Shown here: piece by piece, positions 26,882 through 40,033 of the stretch
How positions within the stretch are numbered: the stretch's first letter is position 1
How the letters are laid out: each line of letters starts with the position of its first letter
Made by a program: the position numbers and the translations under genes
Notes under the pieces: generated by a model
Told to the model about the DNA's origin: nothing
Seen by the model: only the letters and a program-made list of their open reading frames with translations
Databases searched by the model: none
Origin: Lingula anatina
Taxonomy: Eukaryota; Animalia; Brachiopoda
Assembly (NCBI GenBank): GCA_051362555.1
Contig: CM120641.1
Span: 6,138,001-6,202,000 of the forward strand
Reading direction: 5' to 3'
Length of the DNA: 64,000 nt

Positions 26882-28921
26882 AACTATCCTCCTCCACAGA
26901 GGAGATTATTGATTACCAGCAGTTTTGCAGAAATGAAGAAAAGAAATCCGACAGACCAGTTCTTAGAGTGATGATTATCACTTTCAGTGATAAGGACAGC
27001 GTCATCTTCTATTAATGCGTATTTATAAAAATGAAAATGATAAATCGGCAGTAATCAATTCATAAAGAAGACATTTTGTTTCCACTCTGCAGTCAAACCA
27101 AATAGATATCAATTATTGTTGTTGTTTTGAATTTGTCTTTTGTAATATGATTATATGACGCACAAGGTTAAATGTCAGGAATGAAGAACACGTTGCACAC
27201 CTTGCACGAGTAAGATCAATATCAAACTGATGCGCAACTCGTTTCTGGTATTTGACTATTTATGCTACTGTAGCCAGTTCAAACGCTAGTGAGACAGCCT
27301 CAAGATATATTTATTACAAAAAAAGAACGCGCGGAAGTGGAATATTACGCGATTTTGACAGTAAGTATTGTCGAATAGCATGTAGCTAATTATTGTTTCT
27401 TTGTAAACATCATTGGGTGCTTTTCTGGCTTCTTGAAAATATTTTTTCTTTTTCATCTAGAACAAAGATCGTTTAACTTGTGACAGTTACGGTGATTTGT
27501 TTTTAAAGGTAAATCACATGAATACGCATTAGAAAATGTTTTTAAGTCGTATTTTTATATTTAGATACCATGTAAAGAGCCTACCTTTCTCAATTCAAAA
27601 CCCTCAAATGAAAGAATCTCATGTCTATAATTCATTATGAAATGCCAGAAAGACTCTGGCGGCTTAATGTCTGGCCAAATATTTTAAATTAATTTATTTT
27701 TAAATTAGAAATATCGAATTTTAGTGCAGGGACGGGTCAAGCAATGATTCTTGTAAAGGAGAAAATTAGATTTGACGCGAAACATAATTCTAAATATTAA
27801 CTGGCAACGGTTTTATCAAATCAAATTTATTAATATTTCTCTCTATTTTAATTAAAATTATGATATTCTAACAGGGGATCGGGGTTGGGAATTAAGCAGT
27901 CATATTGTGAGTGCACCTACCGGGTACACACTGACATGTACATGCACTGGTAGGTTGTGCAAAGCCTCCTAACACTATTACCACTACCAAGTTTTATCTT
28001 CAGATGCTTATGGTGACAACTAAAAATGAACATCAACTGAATTCACAAGGTCTTCATCCTAAGTACCTGGAAACTCGTCTGTCTACTACCAGAGACTTGC
28101 TGAATGTAGAGACGCGGTTTTACAGTATCCGATAATACTTAGGGTGGTGCATGACCTTTCTCCTTTGTGTGAAATATTGAACGTTATATATCTAAAACTT
28201 TGGTTTCAGATAAGCCCATACACGAACAAGTATACTGAAGCATAGTCTACCGCAGTTGGCCAGGAATATACAGAGTAGTGACTGGGTGGGTTGGCTACCG
28301 TGGAGGTAAACGCAGACATGGGATGCGGAACTAGTACAGACTGCCATAAAAATACGATCCGCCCCTATGACACACGCCAGCTCCTGTCTGATTTGATCGT
28401 TATACAGACAGCATTTTTAACATCGCCTGAACCAAGTACAACAAAGGAAAAAGAAGCTTTGGTCGACTCAAACAATCATAACGGCCACTACCAAAATAGA
28501 ACAAACTTACATTACAGACTAGGGAAAGAGACTACGAAGGCAGAGTTATTTACAAAATCTGTTGGAGAACACACTGGATTTATAGAAAAGAACACACAGT
28601 TTATTATGTAAATAAAAATGGTTATAGAGATCCAGAATACCGGCTGGGAACAGTGATGAAGTGAAAATAGTGTTTAAAACAAGTTGCTTCATATTTTGAA
28701 GTGCAGGTGTTGTCAGTAAAGGGTTTGCTCTATTATCATAAATTACGTAAGAACTTAAAAGTGTTAGATCACTGATTAAAAATATTCATGCCCCGTGTGC
28801 CCTATGTATGCCCTGTGTGTCAAGTCTAAGCAGAATGTAAAGTCACATGTATGTTTAAGTCTCTAACGCAGGCGTTGCAAGTCAAATTTTGCACAGCAGG
28901 TGAGCGACCATGTGAGTGACA

Positions 28922-29851
28922 ATGCCTCGTCCCATATGCCAGAGAAGAGCTTGGCAAATAGTGGGGATGTGTTGTTTACATTGGAATTGCTCAAGGAACC
29001 GTCTGTAAAATCCAACAACGGTTTTGCACAAATCACGATGTGCAGTCAGGCACCACTACAAGTCGTTCTTGTAAAAATACAGTCAGGGAATGTCGTATCT
29101 TCTGCAAGATGTATCGTCAAAAGAGATCATTGTCAGCACATTGTCTGCGGAATAGTGTAAAAACAATAAGCCGAGTTTCCAGAGGATCAGTCAAAAGCAG
29201 ACTTTTGATTCGTGGCCTGGGCCATGGTGAACTCATAGGATTTTTTTTTTTTTACCATGAAAAGAAAGAACCGCCGCTAGGAATGTACCCGACATTGCCG
29301 TGAAATGCTTCACTGGAGGCATATGTCTGGTTTTCTGATGAAGCAAGATTTCCTATTCGCGGCATTGTCAGCAGACCCCATGCTTCATCTCAGGTTTGGA
29401 AGAGATTAGCTGGAGACCGTGAGATGGGAACTGTTGCCCACAGTGGTGGTTCTGTCCACCTTTGGACTGTCATTCCTTATGAACTTTGAACCAGTGTGGG
29501 GTTTCTCAGCGAAAGTTCTGGAAACATTTTGGCCGTACCTTTTTTATTACAACATGGCAATGGGCCATCTCAATTTGATCGCAGAAGAAAACAATTCTTC
29601 AGTGACCAAGAAATTGAGCAAGTTGACTGGGCTGTTTTTTTTCTGCTTTGAATCCAATGGAGCACTGTTAGGATGGTCTAGACCGTACTGTAAGGAGGAG
29701 AGAGGTCTAGCCGACTAGACGAGATGGGATGAAACAGACCTTCTTGTCGAGGGGTGGGTTAATCTGAGCCAACAAGCTCCAGAAACTGGTTAAGTCAGTA
29801 CCTCGTAGAATAGATGACGTCATCTGGGTTTGTGGCAGCTACCCGAGATAA
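28922..29851 (+). pseudogene. Decayed Tc1/mariner transposase
   Basis: Tc1 motifs appear in order across frameshifts and stops: RAWQIVGM, RVSRGSVKSRLLIRGL, VWFSDEARF..QVWKR, TVAHSGGSVHLW (cf. TVKHGGGSVMVW), FLLQHGNGPSQ (cf. FQQDNAPxH), ALNPMEHC*DGLDRTVR (cf. SPDLNPIEHLW), PRRIDDVI..GSYPR*. Confidence 0.85.
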
Positions 29852-31024
29852 TTACACTGTGAATGGTATAGCATTACCTTTGGGTGATACTTCTTTTTTC
29901 CTTTAATCCTTGCTTTCTTGAACATAACATTTGCTTTTCTCTATAAATTACTGATAATTCAACAAATTTATAATTTATCACTAGGAAGTACCAAGACGAA
30001 AAATATCCACAAATATACTGTAATTTGAAGATAGATCATGGGATTATAATAAAACACTAATGAGCTGGTTGTAAGTTACATTTTGTCTTAGTTTGAACAT
30101 ATTGAAATCGTAGATGCAATAACCTTTTGGAATATTCCATTATTTTTAGCAAGAGTGCACTTCCTTTCAATATACATGTTTTATTGGCGCGTTTGACAGC
30201 ATTATAATAAAAAGCCTGGATACAGATGCCTGTTTCTGTATTATTCATAAAACAAAGTTCTTAAACACACATGGAAGACAAAACAGCTATTTAATCTACA
30301 TTAACTAACGGGGACCATCCGAAATAACCATAGGCTTGCAACAGCGTTAAATCAAGCGGGATGTTTTATTTATTTACTTATTTATTTATTTATTTATTTA
30401 TTTTTATTAATTTTTTTTTTTGGGGGGGGGGGGTTGAGCCAGAAATAATGTAGAGAGCAGTAAGGCAACAAATTAAAGCTAACAGATTTTATTCACGGAT
30501 ATTTTTAGAGTTGCATTCTTTAAAGTTCTGTTACATAACAGTACAAATTCGCCATATTTAGCGTTTGATTTTCGTATTGCCACCTTGTATCTTAGACAAT
30601 ATTCCTGACACAGAATTTCACAGTCAGGTTCACCCTTATCGCTGACAAATTATTGGAATAACGAAAAAATGGCATTAAAACAGATTGCAACCCTTTAACG
30701 AAATGTCTATTTTTGCTTTCGTAGTTTTTTATCTTTGTAACTATCAGTAACAATTCAGCCCACATGCATCAGGATAATCTACTCGTTAAATACTTAATGA
30801 TGGTAATTACAATGGCATTTACGAATCCCAGGGTTTAAATTAAGGCGACAAATATCTGATTAATCTGATTAATAACGTGTGTGGCAAAGTAGTGTCTTTG
30901 TAATTTGCTTTGTTAACCTTTAAAATGTGCTGTATAGTCTGCGTGCATTACGCCATTAAGCAAATTTTGCGTCTTATAAACACGTAAGTAGGAGACTAAT
31001 CACTGAGAAAAATAAAAATGTGAT

Positions 31025-31063
<39 letters not shown>
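31025..31063. repeat. Poly-G run (~39 nt)
   Basis: Directly visible. Length may be affected by sequencing error. Confidence 0.85.
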
Positions 31064-31064
<1 letters not shown>

Positions 31065-31873
31065 GGATAGAGTTCCATGAAAAAAATTGCTTTACTTCAC
31101 TTCGCTTTTCATTCACAAGCTTTGAAAACAACAGTAAGTTATGTTACTTTGCTTCAGAATAGGTTTCCAGCAAATACAATTTTTCTTTTATGTTTTGCGG
31201 TTATAAACATTACATCTTTTATTTGAATAAAAAAGCTTAACTTAGCAAGTCAAGACCTTTATGATAACTGTCTCATATACCCATTTTAAGGAGAACATGG
31301 GGACAATTGTTTGTATCATTTACAAACGATTTATCTCTATGTTCTCCTAAAAATATCCTAATTTAATACTTTAAGTCTAATGCCTCGAAATATACCACCC
31401 CGTATCTCCGCTTCTGTGACTGTTTAATAATCCATTCACATTGCTAGATGTAATGTGATAGTTGTTACTGAGAATCTGTTGCGAAATCATTTATGTGTTA
31501 TTAACACTAAATTTAATGTAATAGTTTTACAAAGACAAGCACGTTAGACTTTTGCGATGATAAAAAAGAAAATATTTTTGGTATACACTGTCTGAGAACC
31601 GACAGCGAATGAATCAAACCCTTTAAACTATGGGTTTTCTTTAAAAAAAACATTATGTTAAAGTCCTTCTGAATATTGCCTTGACAAGTTGTCAACAGTT
31701 CTAGGCAGCTGATTATTTCTATTATTCCCAATATCGATCATAACATATGCGATTACATTCTAATACATAAATCATTAGCAAAGTGAGGTGTCTGAATTAT
31801 CAAGGTCGATACTCGTTCTATATTGACAATTTCACAGTCCGCTTTTGCACGTAAAAGGACATTTAGAGATATC

Positions 31874-34800
31874 ATGTGGAAGATGGCTAAAATCACGGTA
31901 AGGTGTGAAGTTTAAATGCCTTGCGCAAACCAAGACTTTATGACGAATCAAAATTAACGATAATAAGTGGTCTTATCACGTATCCGTTTTGTTCCAGGTA
32001 TTTTGCATACTTGGGTGGATGTTGAAGATACAGGACAGTGTTCACGGTAAGTTTTGTCAAAATATAAGAAAATAATATAGTAAAAGATAAACACAGCTAG
32101 GTGAATCGGTAAGTTTTTTATAGAACCAAACGTGAGTAGTGATATTATGTACGAGGAGGCACAAGTAGATGCATTTTTCTCATTTTCAACTTTTCGTTTT
32201 CGATCCGCCATTACACCTTTGTGGATCGAACTACGCCATATAAAATCAATTTCACATTCAAGTGGCGGTTACTAAAGAAGAATGCAATGAGCCTGTGATA
32301 TGCAGAATAATACCGCTTACAATCTATCGAAACTCTGGCATTTATTTCCAAAAATATGACCAAAAGCATTATTCGTCTTCAGATACGTACACCAAGAAGT
32401 GTTAAATGTACTTTGTTGTTTGTTGCCACATCGGTACGGAAAACTAAACTACTTAACACGAGTTAAAATCGTACACTTTGTCACTTTAATTCTTTGCCAA
32501 TAGGTCTTGGGCTCTTTCACCCTGAACACCGAACACATTCTTACATATTTCTTATGCAAAACGAACAAATACAATTTTATACAGCAAAAAAAGCACATGC
32601 AATGATGTGGAAAAGAAGCAAAGTTAACAACAAAGAGAGGGTTTAAAGTTTTATTTATAATATCCTTTTTTACGTATTTTATTGATAAGTAACAATTTTA
32701 ATGAACTTCTTTGAATTTTAAATGCAGTAGCACGGGTTTTAGTCTCTCATAACCCTCAGCAGGGTGGGTTTTATTTATTTAAAACGTGAGACGTTAATAA
32801 AATTATTATTATTATTATTATTATTATTCACCCTGAACACCGAACACACGCTGTCTGTATCATTTAATAAATGTGTTGTTTATGTATCACAGGCAATGGG
32901 TGCCCCAAGCAATGGGAGCCGAATGGTGTGCACTGCTACAGAATATTCCAGGGAGTCAAAACCTTTACAAATGCAGAGAACTTCTGCCAGACCACTGTTA
33001 GCGGAGGAACGCTGGCTGAATTAGACGATTCACAGAAAAACATGTTCATTGGATCAATGGCGTCAGTATATTAAATTCAAAAATGCCTACAGCGCCTGCA
33101 GTATTTTAAAGCCTAAATCACGAATTACTAATACCAATGTGACGGTATTTTCTTAATGCTCATCAATTGCGAATTCCAAATGGAAATTTTTGTTTTATTA
33201 AAAAAAAATGGGCTTTTTGCATTTCTTTTTACCTTTTTAGAGATTGATATTTATGCATTCCCGGTGTCCACATCGTTCAGATACTATAATTTAGATAGTA
33301 TCACGAACATCTTAATGGTTACCCAACACATACCGTGTTTGATCATAGGATGCACTTTCATATTTGAATCGTGGTTCTATTCTAAAGGTATAAGCACCTC
33401 TTTGGTGTCTCACTGTCATTTGTTCTTTGAAGTAAGTCTTAACGTATTCTGTAGATTACACTCTTTAATGTCTCAGATCTGGGTATGGCACAGCCAACTT
33501 CTGGATTGGACTCAAACGACAAAGTGGCACCTGGACGTGGGTCGGAGGGTCAGCAGCGACTTTTACCTTCTGGAACGCATGGCACAACAAGCCGGACGCC
33601 AATGGAGATTGTACCAAACTGGTCACCGGGGGATTCTGGGAAAATACAGGTTGCAGTAATATGCTGCCTTTTATATGCCAAGTCGGGGCTAGTAAGTGCG
33701 TTTTTATACTTCTAGGTGTGTACATCTCACACAAGCATTACATAAAGTGGGATAAGCAAAACGCGTTATAAATTTGCTGAAGAATATATAGTGCAGGTGT
33801 ACTGTTATAAGTTATGAGTAAGGTCAGCTTACGTGTATATACTACCCAAAATATTACGGACCTAATGGAATAAAGTTAACTGTATTTCAAAGAAAAATAA
33901 TACGATACTGCCTTCTTAACCCATACCCTGAAAAAATTTACTAAAATGAAAGGAAATGAGATTTTTCTACATATCCTATACCATTCAAACCGCAAATAGG
34001 GTAGTTCTTATACTACTATATGATTTAATCTTTGCTTGACTGGCGACTTTACTGTAGATTAAACGGCAGTAGCAACAATTTGATTTTTATTGAGGAATCT
34101 GCTCGTTTTCTTGAGGTTGCCCACCGTTGCCAAATAACCAGCACTCCACATTTGACGTTAACGCCACCAGCGTCGGTGCGGTAGTTACGTATACGTGCAA
34201 TCAGGCCGGATATTTCTATCTCAACTCAACTGATACTGCCCGCACTTATCTTTGTGATAATTCTGGCGAGTGGAATGACACTTTCATAGATTGCGCTAGT
34301 AAGTTATTGCTTCTTGGAATCTCATTTCATTACGACAATACTGATCAATTATTATGACAATGATTTCAGTAGACTTATATTTTGAATCATGTTCCATTAG
34401 TAAGATGATCTTAAGATCGTTGAAGCCAATGAACAAACCCTAATTAAAAATGATTAAAAGAACAAACGAATGAAATGAAGAATATAATACCACGAATTAA
34501 TTAGATATCCGGGTGTCTTTCAGCCTGTGCTCCATTCGACACCGTGGAGCAGTCAACATCCAGAAACCTCAACCCTACAACGGTCGAATATACCTGCAAC
34601 TCCGGCTACATGTTCTCTGATGCTGCCGAAACCAAGGTTGTCGAATGTCAACCAGATGGACAATGGAATGATACACTAGGCAACTGTACAGGTATGGGAC
34701 GCAATATTACCTTTCCATATAAAATTAGACTTTTTACGCTCAATCGGCAAAATGTCAGCAAAAAAAATCAGTATAGGCCATTTTGCTGCCAGAATGTATT

Positions 34801-37800
34801 AATGTAAAGATATTGTTATGATGATTGATAGAGACCAAAATTGTAGTATTTTAATTTAAAAAACAGACTTACTGGGCATTTTCGAGCTTAGTATTTGTTC
34901 TTCTTCCAAGAAAATTGAAAATACAATGGAGGGTAGTAAATGCTATTTGCTTCAAAATGCGTTATTATTGCTCCTTTTAGTTGCTTTTTTCTTGACATTT
35001 CTTGGTATTAAACGGGTTGATATGCGTTTCTGTAAAAATTGCTGTGCTGTCACAACAAGTGCGTATCCAGATTTGTTTTGACAAATCTCTGTATATATCT
35101 TAAAAATATGATTTTATAATATAGATTTTTGTATTTGGTATATTTATATATGTTTCAGAAAAACCTTGTCCTGCTGTACCGCCGGTGACGAACGCATACA
35201 CAGATACTAATACAACAACCCAAGGGACTGTGGTGACACTGACGTGCCAGCCTGGGTTCTTGTATCCTGATGGTACTAATAGTAAAACAGTCACCTGTCA
35301 AAGTGACTCTACCTGGACCGCCATGCCTGCATCGTGTGCAGGTAAGAAAGACTTTGGGTGCCGCTGGGCGGCTAAGGGATTAAAAAAAGTATATAGTATG
35401 TAGTGCGAAATTTCATTTCTTTAACAAAGACTTAGATTTGTGATTTTTTTCCGAAACAGTTCAGCTTAAAATACTAACGCTCATTAGAAATATATATATC
35501 TTATGAAACTTGTGATTTTCCTGTTGACATTGACCGTGTCATAATTTAAACTCATGCTTTATCACTATACACGAAATTTTCTTCTTTATTCTGTGCTATT
35601 TCCAGCCCTGTCCTGTCCGAATACACTCCCAAGTATCCAGTTAGGCCGTACATTGGACAACGATCTTACTGTATACAGCACTGTCACCTACTACTGTTAT
35701 TTTGGCTACGAATTTCCTGACGGCAGTACCACGAAACAAATGACCTGTCAGTCAGACATGTCATGGAGCAATGCCATCACTGATAACTGTCAAAGTAATT
35801 ATTTTCATGCAATTTGATATATATACGTTACCCTACATCTATAAGCCAATAATGGCAAAGACATGACGGTGATGAGGTAAACCCCTCCCATCCTCGTCCT
35901 GTGTTTCAGAGGGCGCTGGAAACACACGTCTACCACGGGCATGTAGTGCCCAGCATTCTCTGCAACTCAGGGCATCAACTCAGTGTGTCTATTCTGGTAG
36001 CCAAAAAGAAATCTGCATACATATTGAGTTCAACCTAGTGCCTATAGTTCTCTCATTGATTGGAGCTCACCAAGTATCCCTAAGTAATATAAGCGTGAAT
36101 ATCACTGCGAGGTGAAAAAGGGAGGGTGCAATCAAGTAGAAGCAATATGTTACTTCTGACATTTGAATGTGCATCTCAGTTAATTATAAAGAAGGAGCTA
36201 GAAAACACTGATAACACGTGTCACGAAACGTGAAATGCAGAATCCGTATGAAGATCGTGATGATTGTTCGCAACCTACTTTTTAAAATGTATATTGGGAA
36301 TTCTTTACAAATCAACAAAGATAGATTAAAGGTAGTCCTTCCTACCGAAGACAAAAGTACAAAGCTTTCCGTAAAAAATAAATACATATAAAAATATTTT
36401 TTAGAAAATGTCATCTGATTCATCTTTTTTTTTATTTCCAGAAAAGACCTGCCCCAACACTCCCCCTATCAACAACACCATTATTGTTGCCAATGACACC
36501 GGGTATGGTGGCGAAGTAGAGTACCAGTGTGTGGGAAATATGCGTTTCCCTGACGACCAAACAACACACAAACTGACATCGTGTACATATGGCAAGACTT
36601 GGTCACCAGATCCTAGCGGGTTCCCGCCTTGTGAAGGTAACAACGAACTAAGTTCCAGTATTTTAGGGAATATTTCACTTCTTAGTTGTACGAAGGAGAT
36701 ACATGAGATACGATTCCTTATTTATACCTGTTCTCTATTTCTCTCTCGTGTTTCGACGGTTCAAATTCTAAACTCGGAACATTGCGTGAGCTCTTTTAGC
36801 ATGTGCCATAATATTCTGGGAATTTCCTGTTACGTCTCTAAAACTCAAGAAAAACGAATGGAAGGAATAAAAGAGTTTCGAAATGTACTTAATAATCACA
36901 AGACATAACCTGTAGTCGTTCAAGGAGGATTTTTTATTTCCTCGAAAAAAAGTATTAAACATTTCTAGGCATTTAGCACTCTTTGCTTTATCAGAAAAAA
37001 AGTAGCGAATGTACATATATTATATTATATTATATTATATTATATTATATTATATTATATTGTACAGTATATACATTTACGAACTGAGAGAGAAAAGGAT
37101 ACATCTAACCGTGGCATTCCTTCATTTTACAGTGATCACAGGACCGTGCAGTGGCCTGCCTGTACTTCCAGATCGGGCATTTTTAGACACAAACAGCACG
37201 GCCTCGGGGACAATAGCCACCGTGTCCACAGAAGCTGGCTTCAAGTTCCAAGACGGTACATTCTTCAAGACCATTATATGTAAAGACGGGGGATGGAATT
37301 TTACAATGATTCGTACAACCGGTGAGAAAATTTAGTTCAATATCTTATTCTTCTTTAATGAACATTGTTGATTTCTTTATGGAATTTTACGGAAAAGGAC
37401 ACATACCATACTTGCTTGATGATGATTACACTTGATATTGGGATCACGTCTTTGAAAATGCCCTCGTAGTGTCAGTTTATCTTACAAACTCTCATGTTAC
37501 ATTTAACATTTTAAAGGCCTAAGTTTACTACAGTTGGATAAAAAATTGTTTGAAGGTAAATTAGACGAATTTCGACAGAAATACTGAAAACAAACTTTTT
37601 CTTGCAGTGGTAGATTGCACTCAAGAGCCATCGGTGAAAAACGCCACGAGATTTGGAAGCGGCATCCTTTATGGAACACAACTAACCTATTTCTGTGACA
37701 ACGGGACGGTCTTTGTAGATGGTAGCACTGAGAGAATCACATACTGCAATCGATATGGAATATGGGCGCCGCAAATTACTGACTGTGAAGGTAATTAACG

Positions 37801-38540
37801 AAATTAATTAATAAGAAAAATCATCTTAACTTTATATGACTTTAATGAAAAAAAATTTAAAATGAGAAGCATTGTTCATATGATTATATTTTGTTTCATT
37901 AAAGAAAATAAATAAACCCTTGATGCTGAAATTTTGTATTTGAAAATGGTGAAACACCAATGCCTTTCTTTTGCATTAATGAAATTGCAAGGCTCATGCG
38001 TGAACGGTAGGAAATTGTTGCAGAAGTGATATCTTTCATTAAATTATGAACACGTTACATTTTTATTTTCCAGGTAGTGCAATCACAGTACAAAAGAAAA
38101 TTCCGAAACCCGTACCTGTAGAAGCTAAAACAGAGGTGGTGGTAGCGGTGACAACGCCCCCTTTCGTTATCTGTGGCGTTCTTATTGGTGGAGTAATTTT
38201 GCTAGACCTCGCCACTATTGGAAGACACCTAGCAAAGATGGCAGAAAATCTGAAACATTTCACCAATCGACTGAGAGGCCTTCCTCCCCCGAAAAAAACG
38301 AAAAAGAAAAGGGACGGCCCGCCCCCTACTTGCGATAATTGTGGCGATTCTCATGAAACGGAGAAATGTCCCAGATGCAAATACTGTATGGAAGAGACTC
38401 ATAAATCGGAAAAATGTCCCCTAGCTAAAACTTATTGTAAAAAGTGCACTTATTATGGTCATATCGTAACCGAATGTCGAGAGGTTCACAAACTTTTGGC
38501 TAAATTGTCCAAAGAAATGCACGACGAGCTTGTTGGATAG
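31874..38540 (+). CDS. Type I membrane protein: signal peptide, C-type lectin domain, 7 sushi/CCP modules, TM helix, cytoplasmic tail with 3 CCHC zinc knuckles (~737 aa)
   Basis: Exons 31874-31897, 31998-32046, 32893-33061, 33477-33691, 34116-34298, 34524-34691, 35159-35341, 35606-35794, 36442-36636, 37133-37321, 37608-37790 and 38074-38540 are phase-consistent. CTLD: CPKQW..HCY..AENFC..LA, FWIGL, W..TGC..LPFIC. Each CCP module sits on its own phase-1 exon. TM segment: FVICGVLIGGVILLDL. Confidence 0.85.
32516..32848 (+). mobile_element. Possible retroposed insertion: ~290 bp ending in (ATT)n, flanked by 22-bp direct repeats
   Basis: TTCACCCTGAACACCGAACACA at 32516 and 32827. The (ATT)n run abuts the second copy. 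Confidence 0.5.
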
Positions 38541-40033
38541 ATTAATTTTTTCCCATTTTATTACTAAAAACATACGCTACGATATGAACTTATTGTATCT
38601 GTGATCTGTGATATTTTAGCACTTGTATATATTTTCTTTCTTTTTTTGAACAAAATGAAAATTAAAGGACTCAAGATTTCAAAGGGAACTCCCCACTTGT
38701 ACTTCAGCACTTGGCTTCTTGGAATTCTTAGAACACATTTTATTCTCTACCCATAATAAGGCAGTGTTTATATCTAAAAGCTACTAACAAATTCCTGATT
38801 CATGGTTTACATATACATGACCGTCAAAGTCTGTGACATAAAAAATCGAAAATTTGAAGATAAAGGGGCATTTTGGGGCAAAATACTGCACGTAGGGGAT
38901 CATAATTGCACTTTCAATATTTTCACCTATGTCAACGTGTATCCTTACTTATTAAAATCACTAATATATTTCCAATCACGTGTTTGTATCATTCTTTTTT
39001 CGTGATCAAGATAACTTATCATCTGTGACCATTGTGTGAACTCAACTTTTTTTTCTTACAACAGAAATTTTCATGGTATCAAACATGAAATATTTGAATC
39101 AAATAAAGCTCAAGGATAACACGATGCAAAAGGTCAGATCCTTAGGCCTTTAACCAATTTGCTGGAAGTGGTGTAATGAAAAGTTAGGGAAGTTATAAAC
39201 ATTCCTTATTTAGTGCACACTGTATACAGGGATTTATCTACAGACTGTTAAACGCGTTTGGCACCAAATGGACATAACAGCTAGAAACTTAATATTACTC
39301 CCTTAGTTTTATGAACTATCCACAGAACATTGATGTGCCAAAGACAATGTCATTACCTATAGTAATGTGAGAAATAATTTCAAATTGTGGATCTTGAGAA
39401 ATTAAAAGTTTGACGACCTGCATTGAACATACTTGACTGCCTATTAATCGACTTAATTTTTCTTTTTTTTTTCTATATTATGAAATAAACAACTTGTTGA
39501 AATAATAAATTTTTATTTATAAAAGAACAAGTTATGATATAAAAATAGCAACAACATACTCTAATACAACATTGCATTTTGGATACTATAAATTCAATTG
39601 CAAAATATCTGGAAGAAAACAAAATAATCAAGCCATGATTGAAGATTGGCAGGATTTGATTTTTTCTAAATACCTGGCGTAATTACTGGATGAACAAATT
39701 AATTCATTAACTGAAGCATTCATTTATTAAATCATAACTGTCATGCACCATTCAATGTAAATGAAAACGGTTTCTAAAGAACTATTTTAAGATAAATTGT
39801 CCTCTAAATCCTATATATTCTTTCCTCATATCTTCATTTTCTTTATAACAATCTGCATGATCAATTTATTTATCAACATCCCATGTCCAATGAAAAACAT
39901 TGCCATCAAAGATGTTTAAATCCAAATCTCATTCTCCTTTGAATAAAATATATCTACATTTCAGTCCTCTGTCATTTCCCCTCCAAACGTTACAAAGTCT
40001 CTACACCAAGCTCTTGTATTACTATTGAAGTTG

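Noticed and set aside
31025-31063. Poly-G as a functional G-quadruplex
   Set aside because: A pure homopolymer cannot be told apart from slippage or a sequencing artefact using sequence alone.
33156-33715. ORF-track proteins of 167, 89 and 76 aa over the lectin exon
   Set aside because: Wrong frames or antisense. The true CTLD exon (FWIGL...) is in another frame at 33477-33691.
38074-38540. Independent retrotransposon gag ORF
   Set aside because: No LTR, capsid, protease or RT nearby. The knuckles are in frame with the TM helix in a properly phased terminal exon.
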